IMG/VR virus record: IMGVR_UViG_3300048672_000970
Location: 96,001-160,000 of that record
DNA from: a virus
Lineage: Duplodnaviria > Caudoviricetes
Reading direction: 5' to 3' (one strand)
DNA: 64,000 bases
Positions 17,740 through 27,343 of this stretch are shown here, piece after piece. Each line of letters begins with the position of its first letter. The first letter of the stretch is position 1. The notes under the pieces are model-generated. The model saw only the letters and a program-made list of their open reading frames with translations, did not search any database and was not told the DNA's origin. Both the position numbers and the translations under genes were made by a program.

Positions 17740-19056
17740 ATGAGTGTGCAACCTTCGCAACCTTCGCTAATTTTCATCGACCGAACCAAGACTGGTCGCG
17801 GTAGTTCGGCCGCCAATCGAGACAAGTATCTGAAGCGCATTAAGGCATCAGTAAAGGCTGCGCGAAATATTGCCCTCGGCGGGCTGACATCTGACACGAA
17901 GCAAACGGTCAATCCGATCACCGTCGCCCGGCAAAAGCTTAATGAACCGTCTTTCCATTATGACCATTCAACGGGCGTCATTACGAACGTTTTGATTGGC
18001 AACCAAATTTTTGAACGAGGTGATGAAATTCCCATGAAGAATTCGTCGGAAGGGCAAGGGGACGGTTCGGGAAATGGTGCTGGCAATGGTGGCAATGGCG
18101 AAGATGATTTCATCGTGCATGTCACGAAAGATGAATTTCTCAATATCTTCTTTGAAGATTGTGAGCTGCCGAACATGCAGCATAACTCAAAGAAGCAATT
18201 GAAGCTGCCAACCTTCCACAAAGCCGGGTATCGAACGTCCGGCAGTCCGGCCACTCTGTCTGTTATCAAGAGCTTCAAAAACTCTCTCGGACGCAGAATT
18301 GCCATCAAGGGGTCTTTCCAGTCGCGGATTGATGAACTGACCGAACAAGATAACGTCCTTGCCGAACTGATTCAAAGCCAGGATATTGAACTTGAACGAG
18401 CTTGTATCAAGGAAGAAATTACTGAACTGACTTCCCGAAAAGGCAAAGTCATGTTTTTTGACGACATGGATTTGCGGTATCGGAAAATGGAGCAAGAGAC
18501 GAAACGAACGGCTGATGCTATTTTCGTGATGATCATGGACGTTTCCGGGTCGATGGATCAGGAACGCAAAACGATGGCACGCAAGTTTTTCAGTCTGCAA
18601 TACGCTTTCCTGAAGCGACATTATCCTGACACTCAACTGGTCTTCATTGCTCATACTGAAACTGCTGAAGAAATGGATGAGGATGAATTTTTCTCCACTC
18701 GCATTTCTGGTGGCACGGTCGTTTCCCCTGCATACGAACTGGCTCTGGAAATCATTCAGGAACGATTTGATGCAAATGTTTCAAATATCTACTTGTCACA
18801 AGCGAGTGATGGTGATAACATGGAGTCTGACAATGCGAATCTAATTCCGGCTCTGGAACAGTCGGGACTTCTGAGCAAGATTCGGCACATGAGTTACATT
18901 CAAACGTGCCCGAAATCTCAATGGCATTATTCGCATGGGATGTGGGACGTACTGCAAAGTATCGCCCACACCCATCCGGAAAAGTTTGGTATGCAGCAAA
19001 TCACATCTGATGCAGAAGTGTTCGACGCATTCAAGGCAATTTATCACAAGCAATGA
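17740..19056 (+). CDS. yeaH: YeaH/YhbH (DUF444) vWA-domain protein
   Basis: IFIDR, EFLNIFFEDCELPN, SFKNSLGRRIA, DDMDLRY, MDVSGSM (MIDAS), SGGTVVSPA, QASDGDN; start moved to 17740. Confidence 0.92.
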   Translation: MSVQPSQPSLIFIDRTKTGRGSSAANRDKYLKRIKASVKAARNIALGGLTSDTKQTVNPITVARQKLNEPSFHYDHSTGVITNVLIGNQIFERGDEIPMKNSSEGQGDGSGNGAGNGGNGEDDFIVHVTKDEFLNIFFEDCELPNMQHNSKKQLKLPTFHKAGYRTSGSPATLSVIKSFKNSLGRRIAIKGSFQSRIDELTEQDNVLAELIQSQDIELERACIKEEITELTSRKGKVMFFDDMDLRYRKMEQETKRTADAIFVMIMDVSGSMDQERKTMARKFFSLQYAFLKRHYPDTQLVFIAHTETAEEMDEDEFFSTRISGGTVVSPAYELALEIIQERFDANVSNIYLSQASDGDNMESDNANLIPALEQSGLLSKIRHMSYIQTCPKSQWHYSHGMWDVLQSIAHTHPEKFGMQQITSDAEVFDAFKAIYHKQ

Positions 19057-20576
19057 AAGGATTGATGATGGAGCAAATTACTAGCAAGACCGTCTGGTCT
19101 GAACAGCTCATTCGAGCTGTTTGGGAAGAAATTAAAATCGTTGCAGAAGAAGAACTGGAAATTAGTTTTCCGGAGCATCTGTACCCATTTCAAATCGAGA
19201 TGATTACGGCTGATTCAATGATTAATGCCTATGCGAGTATTGGCATGCCCATCATGTACTCACACTGGAGTTTTGGTAAGGAATATATGCGCAATAAGCA
19301 CGCATATGACAACGGGCAGTCGGGGCTAGCTCTAGAGCTGATCACAAACGATTCCCCGTGTTCCACAATGCTGATGGAAGATAACGCCATGTACCAACAG
19401 GCGATGGTCATTGCGCATTGTGTCGGTCATAACAGCTTTTTCAAGTGCAATGATTATTTCGTCCAATGGACTAACGCCGGTTCCATCATTGATTACCTAG
19501 CGTTTGCCAAGCGGTACATCACGCAATGTGAACTGCGGTACGGTGAAGAAGAAGTTGAACGGGTACTTGATGCCGCGCATTCTCTAGCTCAACATGGTGT
19601 TGACAAGCATCCCCGCAAGTCGGCCCGAAAGATGACTGAATCTCAGTACCTGCAAATGCTTGTTGAAAAAGAAGAACGTGAGATGCAGGAATCGGACTAT
19701 ATCCTGAACCGGACGAAGCTGAAATCATCTGACAAGGATGAACCGAGTCCAGATTGGATGGATGAAACTTATGACCCGCTCGTCGGGGAAGAAAACCTGC
19801 TTTATTACATCATGAAGCGGGCGCCCAACATGCCGACCTGGAAACGTGAAATTCTGCGTATCGTCTGGAAGATTAACCAATATTTCTATATTCAGGGGCA
19901 GACGAAGATTAGCAATGAAGGGTGGGCCAGTTTCTGCCACTATTTCATCATGACTCGACTTGAAGAAAAGGGCGTTATTAGCAGTGATGCGTTCCTCGCT
20001 TTCCTGCGCGACCATTCGGGTGTTATTTTCCAACCGACGTTTGACAAGCAGTATTATTCCGGCGTGAATCCTTACGCAGTGGGTTTTGCCATCTATCAAG
20101 ACATCAAGCGGATTTGCGAAAATCCAACTAATGAAGATAAGAAATTTATGCCGCATCTCATTGGGCAGAAATGGCAAGATGCTGTTACGCGGGCCGCTTT
20201 TGAATATCGTGATGACAGTTTCATCATGCAATTCATGTCTCCGAAAGTGGCGCGGGATTTGGCGCTGTTTTCAGTAGAAATTAGTACCAAGCAAAATGTC
20301 CTTGGGCAGAAAAAGCAAACTGCTCTGGTAACGGACGTCGCCGATTTGGACGGGTTTCGCAACCTGCGCAATATGATGGCTGAGAATACTCAACGGATTG
20401 AGCACGTGCCTGAAATCAGGGTTAGTGGTGCTGATTTTGAGGGCGATCGAACGCTGGTGCTGCACTATCATCCGTACAAAAATCGAGAACTGGACGTTGA
20501 AGATACGCAAGCAGTCATTTCGTACATTGATGAACTGTGGGGATATCCGGTTGAACTTTACACGGTGACGGGTTAA
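19053..20576 (+). CDS. spoVR: SpoVR/YcgB family protein
   Basis: YASIGMPIMYSHWSFGK, LALELITN, AHCVGHNSFFK, YFYIQGQTKISNEGWASFCH, NPYAVGF, YRDDSFIMQFMSPK. Confidence 0.93.
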   Translation: MKGLMMEQITSKTVWSEQLIRAVWEEIKIVAEEELEISFPEHLYPFQIEMITADSMINAYASIGMPIMYSHWSFGKEYMRNKHAYDNGQSGLALELITNDSPCSTMLMEDNAMYQQAMVIAHCVGHNSFFKCNDYFVQWTNAGSIIDYLAFAKRYITQCELRYGEEEVERVLDAAHSLAQHGVDKHPRKSARKMTESQYLQMLVEKEEREMQESDYILNRTKLKSSDKDEPSPDWMDETYDPLVGEENLLYYIMKRAPNMPTWKREILRIVWKINQYFYIQGQTKISNEGWASFCHYFIMTRLEEKGVISSDAFLAFLRDHSGVIFQPTFDKQYYSGVNPYAVGFAIYQDIKRICENPTNEDKKFMPHLIGQKWQDAVTRAAFEYRDDSFIMQFMSPKVARDLALFSVEISTKQNVLGQKKQTALVTDVADLDGFRNLRNMMAENTQRIEHVPEIRVSGADFEGDRTLVLHYHPYKNRELDVEDTQAVISYIDELWGYPVELYTVTG

Positions 20577-20577
20577 A

Positions 20578-20808
20578 ATGAGCAAGCATGATCTGATGAA
20601 CGCCTGTTTGAGCATGATGGGCGTCTCTCATGTGTCAATGCTTGCACCCTGTTTTAATTTGGCGAGCGACTTTATCAAAACACGCGTAGATGCGGATAAT
20701 TTGGTCGAGGCGCTTTCCAAGATGCAGGAACGTGATCTACAATCTGTCTTCCAACTTCTCACTTTGAAAGGTAATCATGAACAAGTTTTTTCAATCCCTC
20801 AACTATAA
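20578..20808 (+). CDS. hypothetical protein
   Basis: Coupled ORF. Confidence 0.6.
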   Translation: MSKHDLMNACLSMMGVSHVSMLAPCFNLASDFIKTRVDADNLVEALSKMQERDLQSVFQLLTLKGNHEQVFSIPQL

Positions 20809-21160
20809 ACTGTTTGCGATGGCTGTCGCAGTTGGCACAATGATGTATTTCCTGCAAGATGCCGGGAAAGCCATTCAGCTTTGGGCCTGTGTATATTTTG
20901 CCGTAGCCTGCATGTTCATGATGGAACTGCTTATGTTTCAATACACCAATAACACCCTTGGCCTGAAAACCATGCTTGATAAACTTCCAAAGTTGAATTT
21001 CTGGGGAACCACTCGCACTACTGGTGATTTGGCATGGCTGGTCGTCTCGGCCGTTATTCTTCTTTCTCCAATTGGTACAGTTTTCGTCCTGTTCCCGATT
21101 GCCATCGTGTGTGCAGTAACCGGGCAAAGTGCAGAAGAACTTATCGGATTCATCAAGTGA
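20777..21160 (+). CDS. hypothetical multi-pass membrane protein
   Basis: Three to four hydrophobic segments; AAGG RBS. Confidence 0.65.
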   Translation: MNKFFQSLNYKLFAMAVAVGTMMYFLQDAGKAIQLWACVYFAVACMFMMELLMFQYTNNTLGLKTMLDKLPKLNFWGTTRTTGDLAWLVVSAVILLSPIGTVFVLFPIAIVCAVTGQSAEELIGFIK

Positions 21161-21190
21161 AAAAGCCGGGCATTGCCCGGCTTTTCTTTT
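21161..21190 (+). terminator. intrinsic terminator
   Basis: AAAAGCCGGGC-ATT-GCCCGGCTTTTCTTTT. Confidence 0.85.
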
Positions 21191-21227
21191 TCCTGATTGG
21201 AGTAAATAGATGAAACCAACATACATA

Positions 21228-21560
21228 ATGGCTAAATTCAAAGATTTTCTTGCGTCGGTGAATGCCGATTTGAAGAAGTACAAAGTCATCCCGGTCAATA
21301 AATCAGCATTCAAGCCGGCTGCTCCACTCGACCAGTTTTCGTCAGATTCTGAAATCGAGCATCGAATCAAAGAGGTGAAAAAACAAATTGCTGCGCTGGA
21401 ACGAGCACATACTGATTTCCATAATTTAGTGTCACCAACCCCTGAGCAAGCTAAAAAGTATCGCAAGACCATTGAACACTGGCCCGCCCTCAACTTTGAA
21501 TTAGAGCGCCTAGAAGCCGATTTGCATGGTAAGGTGCCAGACACCATCAAGAAGGGTTGA
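21228..21560 (+). CDS. hypothetical late protein
   Basis: TAAATA at 21203-08 favours the start MAKFKDFLAS at 21228 over 21210. Confidence 0.6.
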   Translation: MAKFKDFLASVNADLKKYKVIPVNKSAFKPAAPLDQFSSDSEIEHRIKEVKKQIAALERAHTDFHNLVSPTPEQAKKYRKTIEHWPALNFELERLEADLHGKVPDTIKKG

Positions 21561-21569
21561 AAAGCGCGT

Positions 21570-22106
21570 ATGGGCCGTTTTAGAGCGTTTCTGATTGAGG
21601 CTAATGAGTTGACTTTCAGTGATGAAACCACCGGATATCATCATGGGCAAACTGATGCTCGCCTGCACATTGCTGTTAATGGTGAAGCAGTTGGGTATAT
21701 CGACTATGTTATCTATGAGGACAAAATTCATATCTCAATGATTGAGATTTCTGCCTCAGCTAAACGTAAGGGGTATGCGACGGCCGCATTAAAGCATCTT
21801 CAAAAAAATAATCCTGATACTGAGATTGATTTTGGCATGCTAACCTCTGATGGGTCAGCTTTACATCAATCATTGTCATTTGTTAAAGTCCCTAACAAAC
21901 TTTATGCTGAAGACTTTGAAAAGTTAGACCAGATGAAACTTGACCGGGAACGGTTGACCCAGCAGCAAAAGGTATTATCTAAAAAAGATGATAAGTATTG
22001 GGAGCTTGAAAACGAGATTGATGACCTAGCGTATGAAATCGAGAAAGAAGAAACTTATTTCTCAATTCGCAAAATCAAACCGTATAAAACATTAATTAAG
22101 GTGTAA
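21570..22106 (+). CDS. GNAT-family acetyltransferase-like protein
   Basis: AVGYIDY...IHISMIEISASAKRKGYATAALKHL (motif A R/K-x-x-G-x-A). Confidence 0.7.
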   Translation: MGRFRAFLIEANELTFSDETTGYHHGQTDARLHIAVNGEAVGYIDYVIYEDKIHISMIEISASAKRKGYATAALKHLQKNNPDTEIDFGMLTSDGSALHQSLSFVKVPNKLYAEDFEKLDQMKLDRERLTQQQKVLSKKDDKYWELENEIDDLAYEIEKEETYFSIRKIKPYKTLIKV

Positions 22107-22107
22107 C

Positions 22108-22971
22108 ATGTCATTCAAGCAATTTCTATTCGAGGGCGGAAAAGCTACTGCCAAATTTCATACTAAGCGGGCGACAAAACCAGATATTGAGGCAGCAATC
22201 GAGTTTGTTTCTTCGACGTTAGGTATTGACAAGCAATCTATCATTGATAATTTGGTTGGCTCAACGGTGTTAACTTATAACGGAGATAGGGAAGATTCCG
22301 GCGACATTGATATCGTCTTTGAGTCTGAGCATAAAGATGAGTATGTCAAAAAGATGTCTGAAGCCACTAACGAACCCTGTGTTATCGCTAACGTCACTTA
22401 CTCATTCCCTGTACCAGTTTCAGATACCAAAATGGTTCAAGTGGATTTTACTTTCTCTGACAATATCGAATGGGCAAAATTTTCTTATCACGCGGACAAG
22501 AACTCGAAATACAAATCTGGCGTAAGGAACGAGTTTTTACATTCAGTCGTCAAATACACGCCGAAAGATGGGGAAGATTTGAAGGTCAAGGATGAGAATG
22601 GCAACCTTATCGTGAAAGCTGCCAGAAGTTTCAGGCTTGATAAAGGATTTGAGCGAGTGTTCAAAATTGCACCTGAGAGAAAAGATGGGAAAGGACGTGT
22701 CAAATCCATGCAATCAGTGGAACCGGATGCCATTGATGCCGAGCTGAAAAAACTAGACAAAGAAGGGTCTTACAGTAAAGACGCCGATTTGATTACAGAC
22801 CCGGATAAATTTGCGAGTATGCTTTTTGGCGAAGGTGTTAAAGCAAAAGACATCATGACGGCAGAGCAAGTTATTGCGTTGATTAAAAAACGCCCGGATG
22901 CTGTCAAAGTATTCGCTGATGCTAAAAAAGGATTGGAGAAACGGAAACTAGAAATTCCGGAAGGGATATAA
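22108..22971 (+). CDS. Pol-beta-superfamily nucleotidyltransferase-like protein
   Basis: VGST...SGDIDIVF...VQVDF (GS, DxD and third Asp). Confidence 0.6.
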   Translation: MSFKQFLFEGGKATAKFHTKRATKPDIEAAIEFVSSTLGIDKQSIIDNLVGSTVLTYNGDREDSGDIDIVFESEHKDEYVKKMSEATNEPCVIANVTYSFPVPVSDTKMVQVDFTFSDNIEWAKFSYHADKNSKYKSGVRNEFLHSVVKYTPKDGEDLKVKDENGNLIVKAARSFRLDKGFERVFKIAPERKDGKGRVKSMQSVEPDAIDAELKKLDKEGSYSKDADLITDPDKFASMLFGEGVKAKDIMTAEQVIALIKKRPDAVKVFADAKKGLEKRKLEIPEGI

Positions 22972-22996
22972 AAAGAGGGCCAATGGCCCTCTTTTT
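22971..22996. terminator. bidirectional intrinsic terminator
   Basis: AAAAGAGGGC-CAATG-GCCCTCTTTT between convergent genes. Confidence 0.85.
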
Positions 22997-25019
22997 AGTT
23001 TGGAGCACCCCACTCCAAGTAGCAGAATCCGGGCTTGCCCGGTGATGATAATTGCGCACCAACTTGCGAGTATCCTCCCATGCCCATGTTATTTTGAGTA
23101 TAAGTACCAGTAACATCTGTTCCAGTACCAGGGAAAATTAACGTGGTGGTTGAAGGGAAATACCAGTTATAACGAATGGTCGTCGTCGGAATTGAATAGC
23201 CCGGCACGCCATACGCCAAACCGGGATTCTGAGTGCTCATGGCTAATGATGCCAGTTGCGTACATCCTAGCATCACATAGTCAAAGCCATTGGTGCCAGC
23301 CGCGCCGGCCGTATTACCAAATCCACCAATTGCGCCACCAAGACCTGCGCCACCACCGCCACCACCTGCGCCACCGCCGTTATCCGGGCCATTTGGCACT
23401 GAGTTGCCATACACATCATCCGTGAAAAAGCCAAACGTATTGACAGAAAACCCTTCAGTTGCGCGGCGGAAAGCAGTAGTCCCGTTTCCGATTGAAGTTG
23501 AAAAATCTTGACTCAATCCTCTCAATGATTCATTACCCGGATGGTAATATCCACCATCACCACCTGCACCACCTGCACCGCCACCGCCACCTGCTAACGC
23601 AATGACAGAAAACTTGACTGATGCGACGTTAGTCGATTCAATATCTTCAATCTCCATGATGTAAGAGGCGCCGCCGCCTCCGCCGCCTGAGGCCGATGTA
23701 CCAAAAAATCCTGAAGTGCCACCCGCAGCCCCTTTTCCAACCGCTGAAATAGCCCCAATTCCTTGAGGGTAATTATCCCGAGTAGTCCATACGATAGTGC
23801 CACTGGCATTTTTGATGACAATAGCAAACATACAAGGATTGAACGATGGATATGGTGAATTGGCATTCTCAACAAACACATTCAGGCCAATTAACATATA
23901 TTTGCCATCACCACCCGATGAATGTTTTGTGGAAGGTAGGACAGAAAAATCTAACGACTGGTCAATAACTGTACTGTGTAAATTTGCCGTTCCAAGCATA
24001 CCTGTACTGCTTCCCGTAATAGGGTCGAACAGTTGAAATTTCATAATGTCATCCGCTTCATATGAAATGGTATAACCTGTCAATTCAGCATCGGCCGTGT
24101 ATGGAACATAAAAAACGAATCGATGGTTGAATTGCGAAAGTCCGTTCGTGATAATGTCTTTCACCATTCCATTTTCAGTGGTGGACAAGATATTGCTATC
24201 CCAATGATTTGCGTTAACAATCACTGGCCGCGTCATGTATGGATTCTCGCGCCGCTTATAACTCACTGCATATGTTTTCAGAAACGTTGAATAAGGCGCC
24301 ATACTATTCGCTTCTGGGTAATTCAGAATGATATCATCCACCGGGAAAATTTCTCCGGAATTTCCACCCATTCCACCTTCCACCCATGTCCCACCAAGCC
24401 CGCTAAATCCGGGCGTACCTGCCACCATCACATATCGACGCCACCGGGTAGCCGATGCAGAAATATCAAGTTTGCCAGTGACAAAATTGCCGGCGCCGCC
24501 GACCGCTCCTTCTGCCACATCTGACAACGTGCCGCCGCCCCCAGCTCCTACTAACATGAATGACAGTTCTTTCACACCGGGCGGCACATCAACCACTCTA
24601 ACAAATCCTGCATCATATCCTCGATAGGGATAATGACTGTTTACCTCCTGTGTTACTGACCCACCGACATAATGCTTAACTCGGGCGTCATTCAAATAAG
24701 ACATTCGCATCTGATTAGAAGCAACCGGCACATTTGAATAAGTAGAAACGCCCGGTAATTTTGAAATAGTGGAATTGATAAGGTAATCATTCTTGTTAAA
24801 GAAACCGGGCGAAGCCATGTGCATAAATGAGTTATACACATTTGAATAAGTACCCAACTCTGACGATGCGGAATATTTGGAAGGATTGGCTGCATAGAAA
24901 ATAGTAGGGCCGCCAGCATTAGTTTGCCAACTTGTCCGGTAATAATGTTTTGCTGACCCACTTGCACTGGTTGAATAATTTGCCCCTAATCGGGCAACAT
25001 CATTTTTCATACTAGGCAT
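22995..25019 (-). CDS. glycine-rich tail fibre/receptor-binding protein
   Basis: FMLVGAGGGG and several Gly-rich tracts, C-terminal PGKPGFCYLEW; downstream of the fibre gene. Confidence 0.7.
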   Translation of the reverse strand: MPSMKNDVARLGANYSTSASGSAKHYYRTSWQTNAGGPTIFYAANPSKYSASSELGTYSNVYNSFMHMASPGFFNKNDYLINSTISKLPGVSTYSNVPVASNQMRMSYLNDARVKHYVGGSVTQEVNSHYPYRGYDAGFVRVVDVPPGVKELSFMLVGAGGGGTLSDVAEGAVGGAGNFVTGKLDISASATRWRRYVMVAGTPGFSGLGGTWVEGGMGGNSGEIFPVDDIILNYPEANSMAPYSTFLKTYAVSYKRRENPYMTRPVIVNANHWDSNILSTTENGMVKDIITNGLSQFNHRFVFYVPYTADAELTGYTISYEADDIMKFQLFDPITGSSTGMLGTANLHSTVIDQSLDFSVLPSTKHSSGGDGKYMLIGLNVFVENANSPYPSFNPCMFAIVIKNASGTIVWTTRDNYPQGIGAISAVGKGAAGGTSGFFGTSASGGGGGGASYIMEIEDIESTNVASVKFSVIALAGGGGGAGGAGGDGGYYHPGNESLRGLSQDFSTSIGNGTTAFRRATEGFSVNTFGFFTDDVYGNSVPNGPDNGGGAGGGGGGAGLGGAIGGFGNTAGAAGTNGFDYVMLGCTQLASLAMSTQNPGLAYGVPGYSIPTTTIRYNWYFPSTTTLIFPGTGTDVTGTYTQNNMGMGGYSQVGAQLSSPGKPGFCYLEWGAPN

Positions 25020-25021
25020 GA

Positions 25022-26416
25022 TTATTCACCCATCTTCTTTTTCAGCTCTTGCACTTGGGCCGACAATTCTTTAACAGCTTCTACCAGTAACGAAGTTAAC
25101 CGTTCATACCTGACTGTAATATAGTCCGGATTGAAAGCAGTTGGAGCAACCATATCTGGCGCGACCATCTGCACATCTTGTGCAATCAATCCATGCTCAT
25201 GAGTCCTACTCGGTTTATAACCTGCAGACTGACAAACTTCCACATCCCAATCATATTCAACACCTGTCAGCGAAGAAACTTTATCTAACGCATTTTCAAT
25301 CCGTTTGATATTCTTTTTCAGACGAACATCTGAAGCGCCAAAAATAACATCACCGGCCGCAGATACATCACCCCCTGAATAGATATTTCCGCCAACTGCC
25401 ATGCCGCCTGTCAGGATAACTGCCCCGGTACTGGTACTTGTTGAGTTAGTCGCATTGGACGAAATAAGTACACCCGTCATTGTGTCACCCGCTTTTTGAA
25501 CATATCCGGCCAGTGAGGAACTGTTAACAGTGGCAGTTAACGTCACATCAGATGACCCATTGAACGCGACACTTCCCGCCAAATCTCCAGCAAGGGTAAT
25601 TGTTCTGGCAGTCTGTAACTTAACTGCATCGGTGGCAAGAGTTGCCGTTCCGGCATTTCCCGAAATTGAAATTCCATACGAACCGGACAACCGAGCAGCA
25701 GGAACTACACCGGACGTTAAATTATCTGCATTCTGATAGAAACTGGCTAATTGGCCGTTTAGTTGAGATGCTGACCCGGAAATACTGATTGAGTAAGTTC
25801 CGGCCAGTCTACCCGATGGAACTGTACCAGCATTCAGATTGCCAGCATTTTGATAGAAGGCGCCATGTTGTCCATCCAGTAAATCAGCATCAAGTCCAGA
25901 AGCAGCACCGTCATTAGCGGAATGCCATACTTGATTAGACCTGAATGTCAGGCCCGTATCAGAGGATGCATCGATAACTAATCCATTGGTGAGAGTGCCC
26001 CCATTCCCAACCCATGAATTGCCCTGTCCAATCGACACAATACCATTCTGTCCCGAGATTATAGCAGGTTTGTTCAAACCTCCTGAATCTTTGTTACCAA
26101 TCAGTAACCGTTGTTCACCCGTCGCGGCAGTCAGTGAAAGCAAATTTGGCACAGAAAGCGGGCCGGTCATTGTGTCACCCGCGATAGCAACATAAACGCC
26201 TACTAAATCTGCCGGCGATAAACCAACGCGTTGCCATGCTTGACCCACTTGTGAACCGGGCGTGGATGGAAGTAAATCCTGCACGAACCCATATAGATAC
26301 AGGCCAGTAGGTTGAGAGTCAGAGATAGTTTTGTAATACAGCGCGCCATCGTAGCTGTCTGCATTGTTCGGGAGAGTGTCCCCATAAGCGGCGGCCGAGC
26401 CTGAAAGAGTCTTCAT
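25022..26416 (-). CDS. tail fibre protein with C-terminal intramolecular chaperone (peptidase S74)
   Basis: GLDADLLDGQHG, TARTITLAGDLAGSVAFNGS, ASDVRLKKNI...HGLIAQDV...VRYERLTSLLVEAVKEL. Confidence 0.9.
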   Translation of the reverse strand: MKTLSGSAAAYGDTLPNNADSYDGALYYKTISDSQPTGLYLYGFVQDLLPSTPGSQVGQAWQRVGLSPADLVGVYVAIAGDTMTGPLSVPNLLSLTAATGEQRLLIGNKDSGGLNKPAIISGQNGIVSIGQGNSWVGNGGTLTNGLVIDASSDTGLTFRSNQVWHSANDGAASGLDADLLDGQHGAFYQNAGNLNAGTVPSGRLAGTYSISISGSASQLNGQLASFYQNADNLTSGVVPAARLSGSYGISISGNAGTATLATDAVKLQTARTITLAGDLAGSVAFNGSSDVTLTATVNSSSLAGYVQKAGDTMTGVLISSNATNSTSTSTGAVILTGGMAVGGNIYSGGDVSAAGDVIFGASDVRLKKNIKRIENALDKVSSLTGVEYDWDVEVCQSAGYKPSRTHEHGLIAQDVQMVAPDMVAPTAFNPDYITVRYERLTSLLVEAVKELSAQVQELKKKMGE

Positions 26417-26440
26417 TGTGGCTTTTTCCTTGTTTGCCTT

Positions 26441-26446
26441 TATTTA
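26441..26446 (-). promoter_or_regulatory. late promoter TAAATA for the tail-fibre operon
   Basis: TATTTA on + strand, 25 nt upstream of the minus-strand start. Confidence 0.55.
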
Positions 26447-26506
26447 GGATGACGGCTGAAGCCAGTTGGACTGTGTCTGGTGGCGACGGTGTTCGGATGC
26501 TGAAAC

Positions 26507-27340
26507 CAAACGGGCTAAAACGCGCTAGGAGCGATTTGTTGGTGGAAGGTAGGCATGGGTAGCTTGACGGATGAAATCGGCTCTATGACCCGTTTAAGTG
26601 CCTTCGCGGCCCATGCTCTTATTTGTCACCTATAGGAGTTTATTGAATGAATGGAAAAGCCGGTAGGTCAGTCGGTTGGTTCCGTTCAGAGAAAGGCTGG
26701 TAGCCGGTTTGTGTGATTGGTTAGCTCAAGCGAGTTAGCTACATGTTGGTTTAACGGCTGTTAGCGCGTTCGTTGACCTGTTGGCTACCTGGGTAGTCTG
26801 TTGAGAGAAAACGGCGCTAATGCCCGTTAAACGCATTCTGGTAGCATGTTCTTATTTGTCACCTATAGGTATTTCTCAAATGAGTGGAGAGAGCTTGGTG
26901 GGTGGCTTAGGTTGATTAGCTCTCAGAAAAGCTCGGTCAAGCAGTGGCGTGAGTCGGCTTGCAGCCGGTAGGCTCAAGGTGCGAAAGAACTGCTTGACTG
27001 CTGAAGCCCTAACGGGCTGAGGTTATGTGTACAGATAGGTTAACAAACGGATGTCTAGTATCTGATAGATGAGCCTATAGAGCGATTAGGTAGAGAGGTA
27101 GCTACCCTGGTAGCCTAACGGATGAAAACGGCTCTAAAGCCCGTTAAGGCTCATTACGAGTCAATTCCTTATTTGTCACCTATAGGAGTTAGTCGAAGAA
27201 ATGAGAGGAAGGGTGGTTGGTTAGGTTGGTTCAGAGAAAAGTTAGCCGGAGTGATCAGGGCTGGCTTGACTGCTTGTTAGAGCAGCAAACAGCGAATGAC
27301 TACCCCGGCTACTGAAAAGCCCTTTAGGGCTTAAGGTTAG
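26507..27340. repeat. non-coding repeat array A (3 full units plus a terminal module)
   Basis: Core CTTATTTGTCACCTATAGG at 26618, 26851, 27168, each preceded by an imperfect inverted repeat and followed by a G/T-rich tract; homologous to 57550-58645. Confidence 0.9.
26934..27025 (+). ncRNA. putative structured RNA module, type 1 (unknown family)
   Basis: 12-bp closing stem 26934-45/26989-27000 that covaries with the copy at 58552-58618; followed by CTGAAGCCC-TAAC-GGGCTGAGG. Confidence 0.5.
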
Positions 27341-27343
27341 GTG

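Noticed and set aside
14349-20576. Bacterial chromosome or prophage flank interpretation of the prkA region
   Set aside because: Flanked on both sides by phage-type genes with the same terminators and promoters, and proteins look diverged from typical host copies; a chimera remains testable only by read data
26989-27025. Hammerhead ribozyme or box C/D (TIGR-like) motif suggested by recurring CTGA and GATGA
   Set aside because: No CUGANGA plus GAAA core on either strand, no proper RUGAUGA box, and no Nop-domain protein nearby
26507-27340. CRISPR array interpretation of the 19-bp repeats (also 57550-58645)
   Set aside because: Intervals are 230-325 bp and homologous to each other rather than unique 30-40 bp spacers; no cas genes in the window
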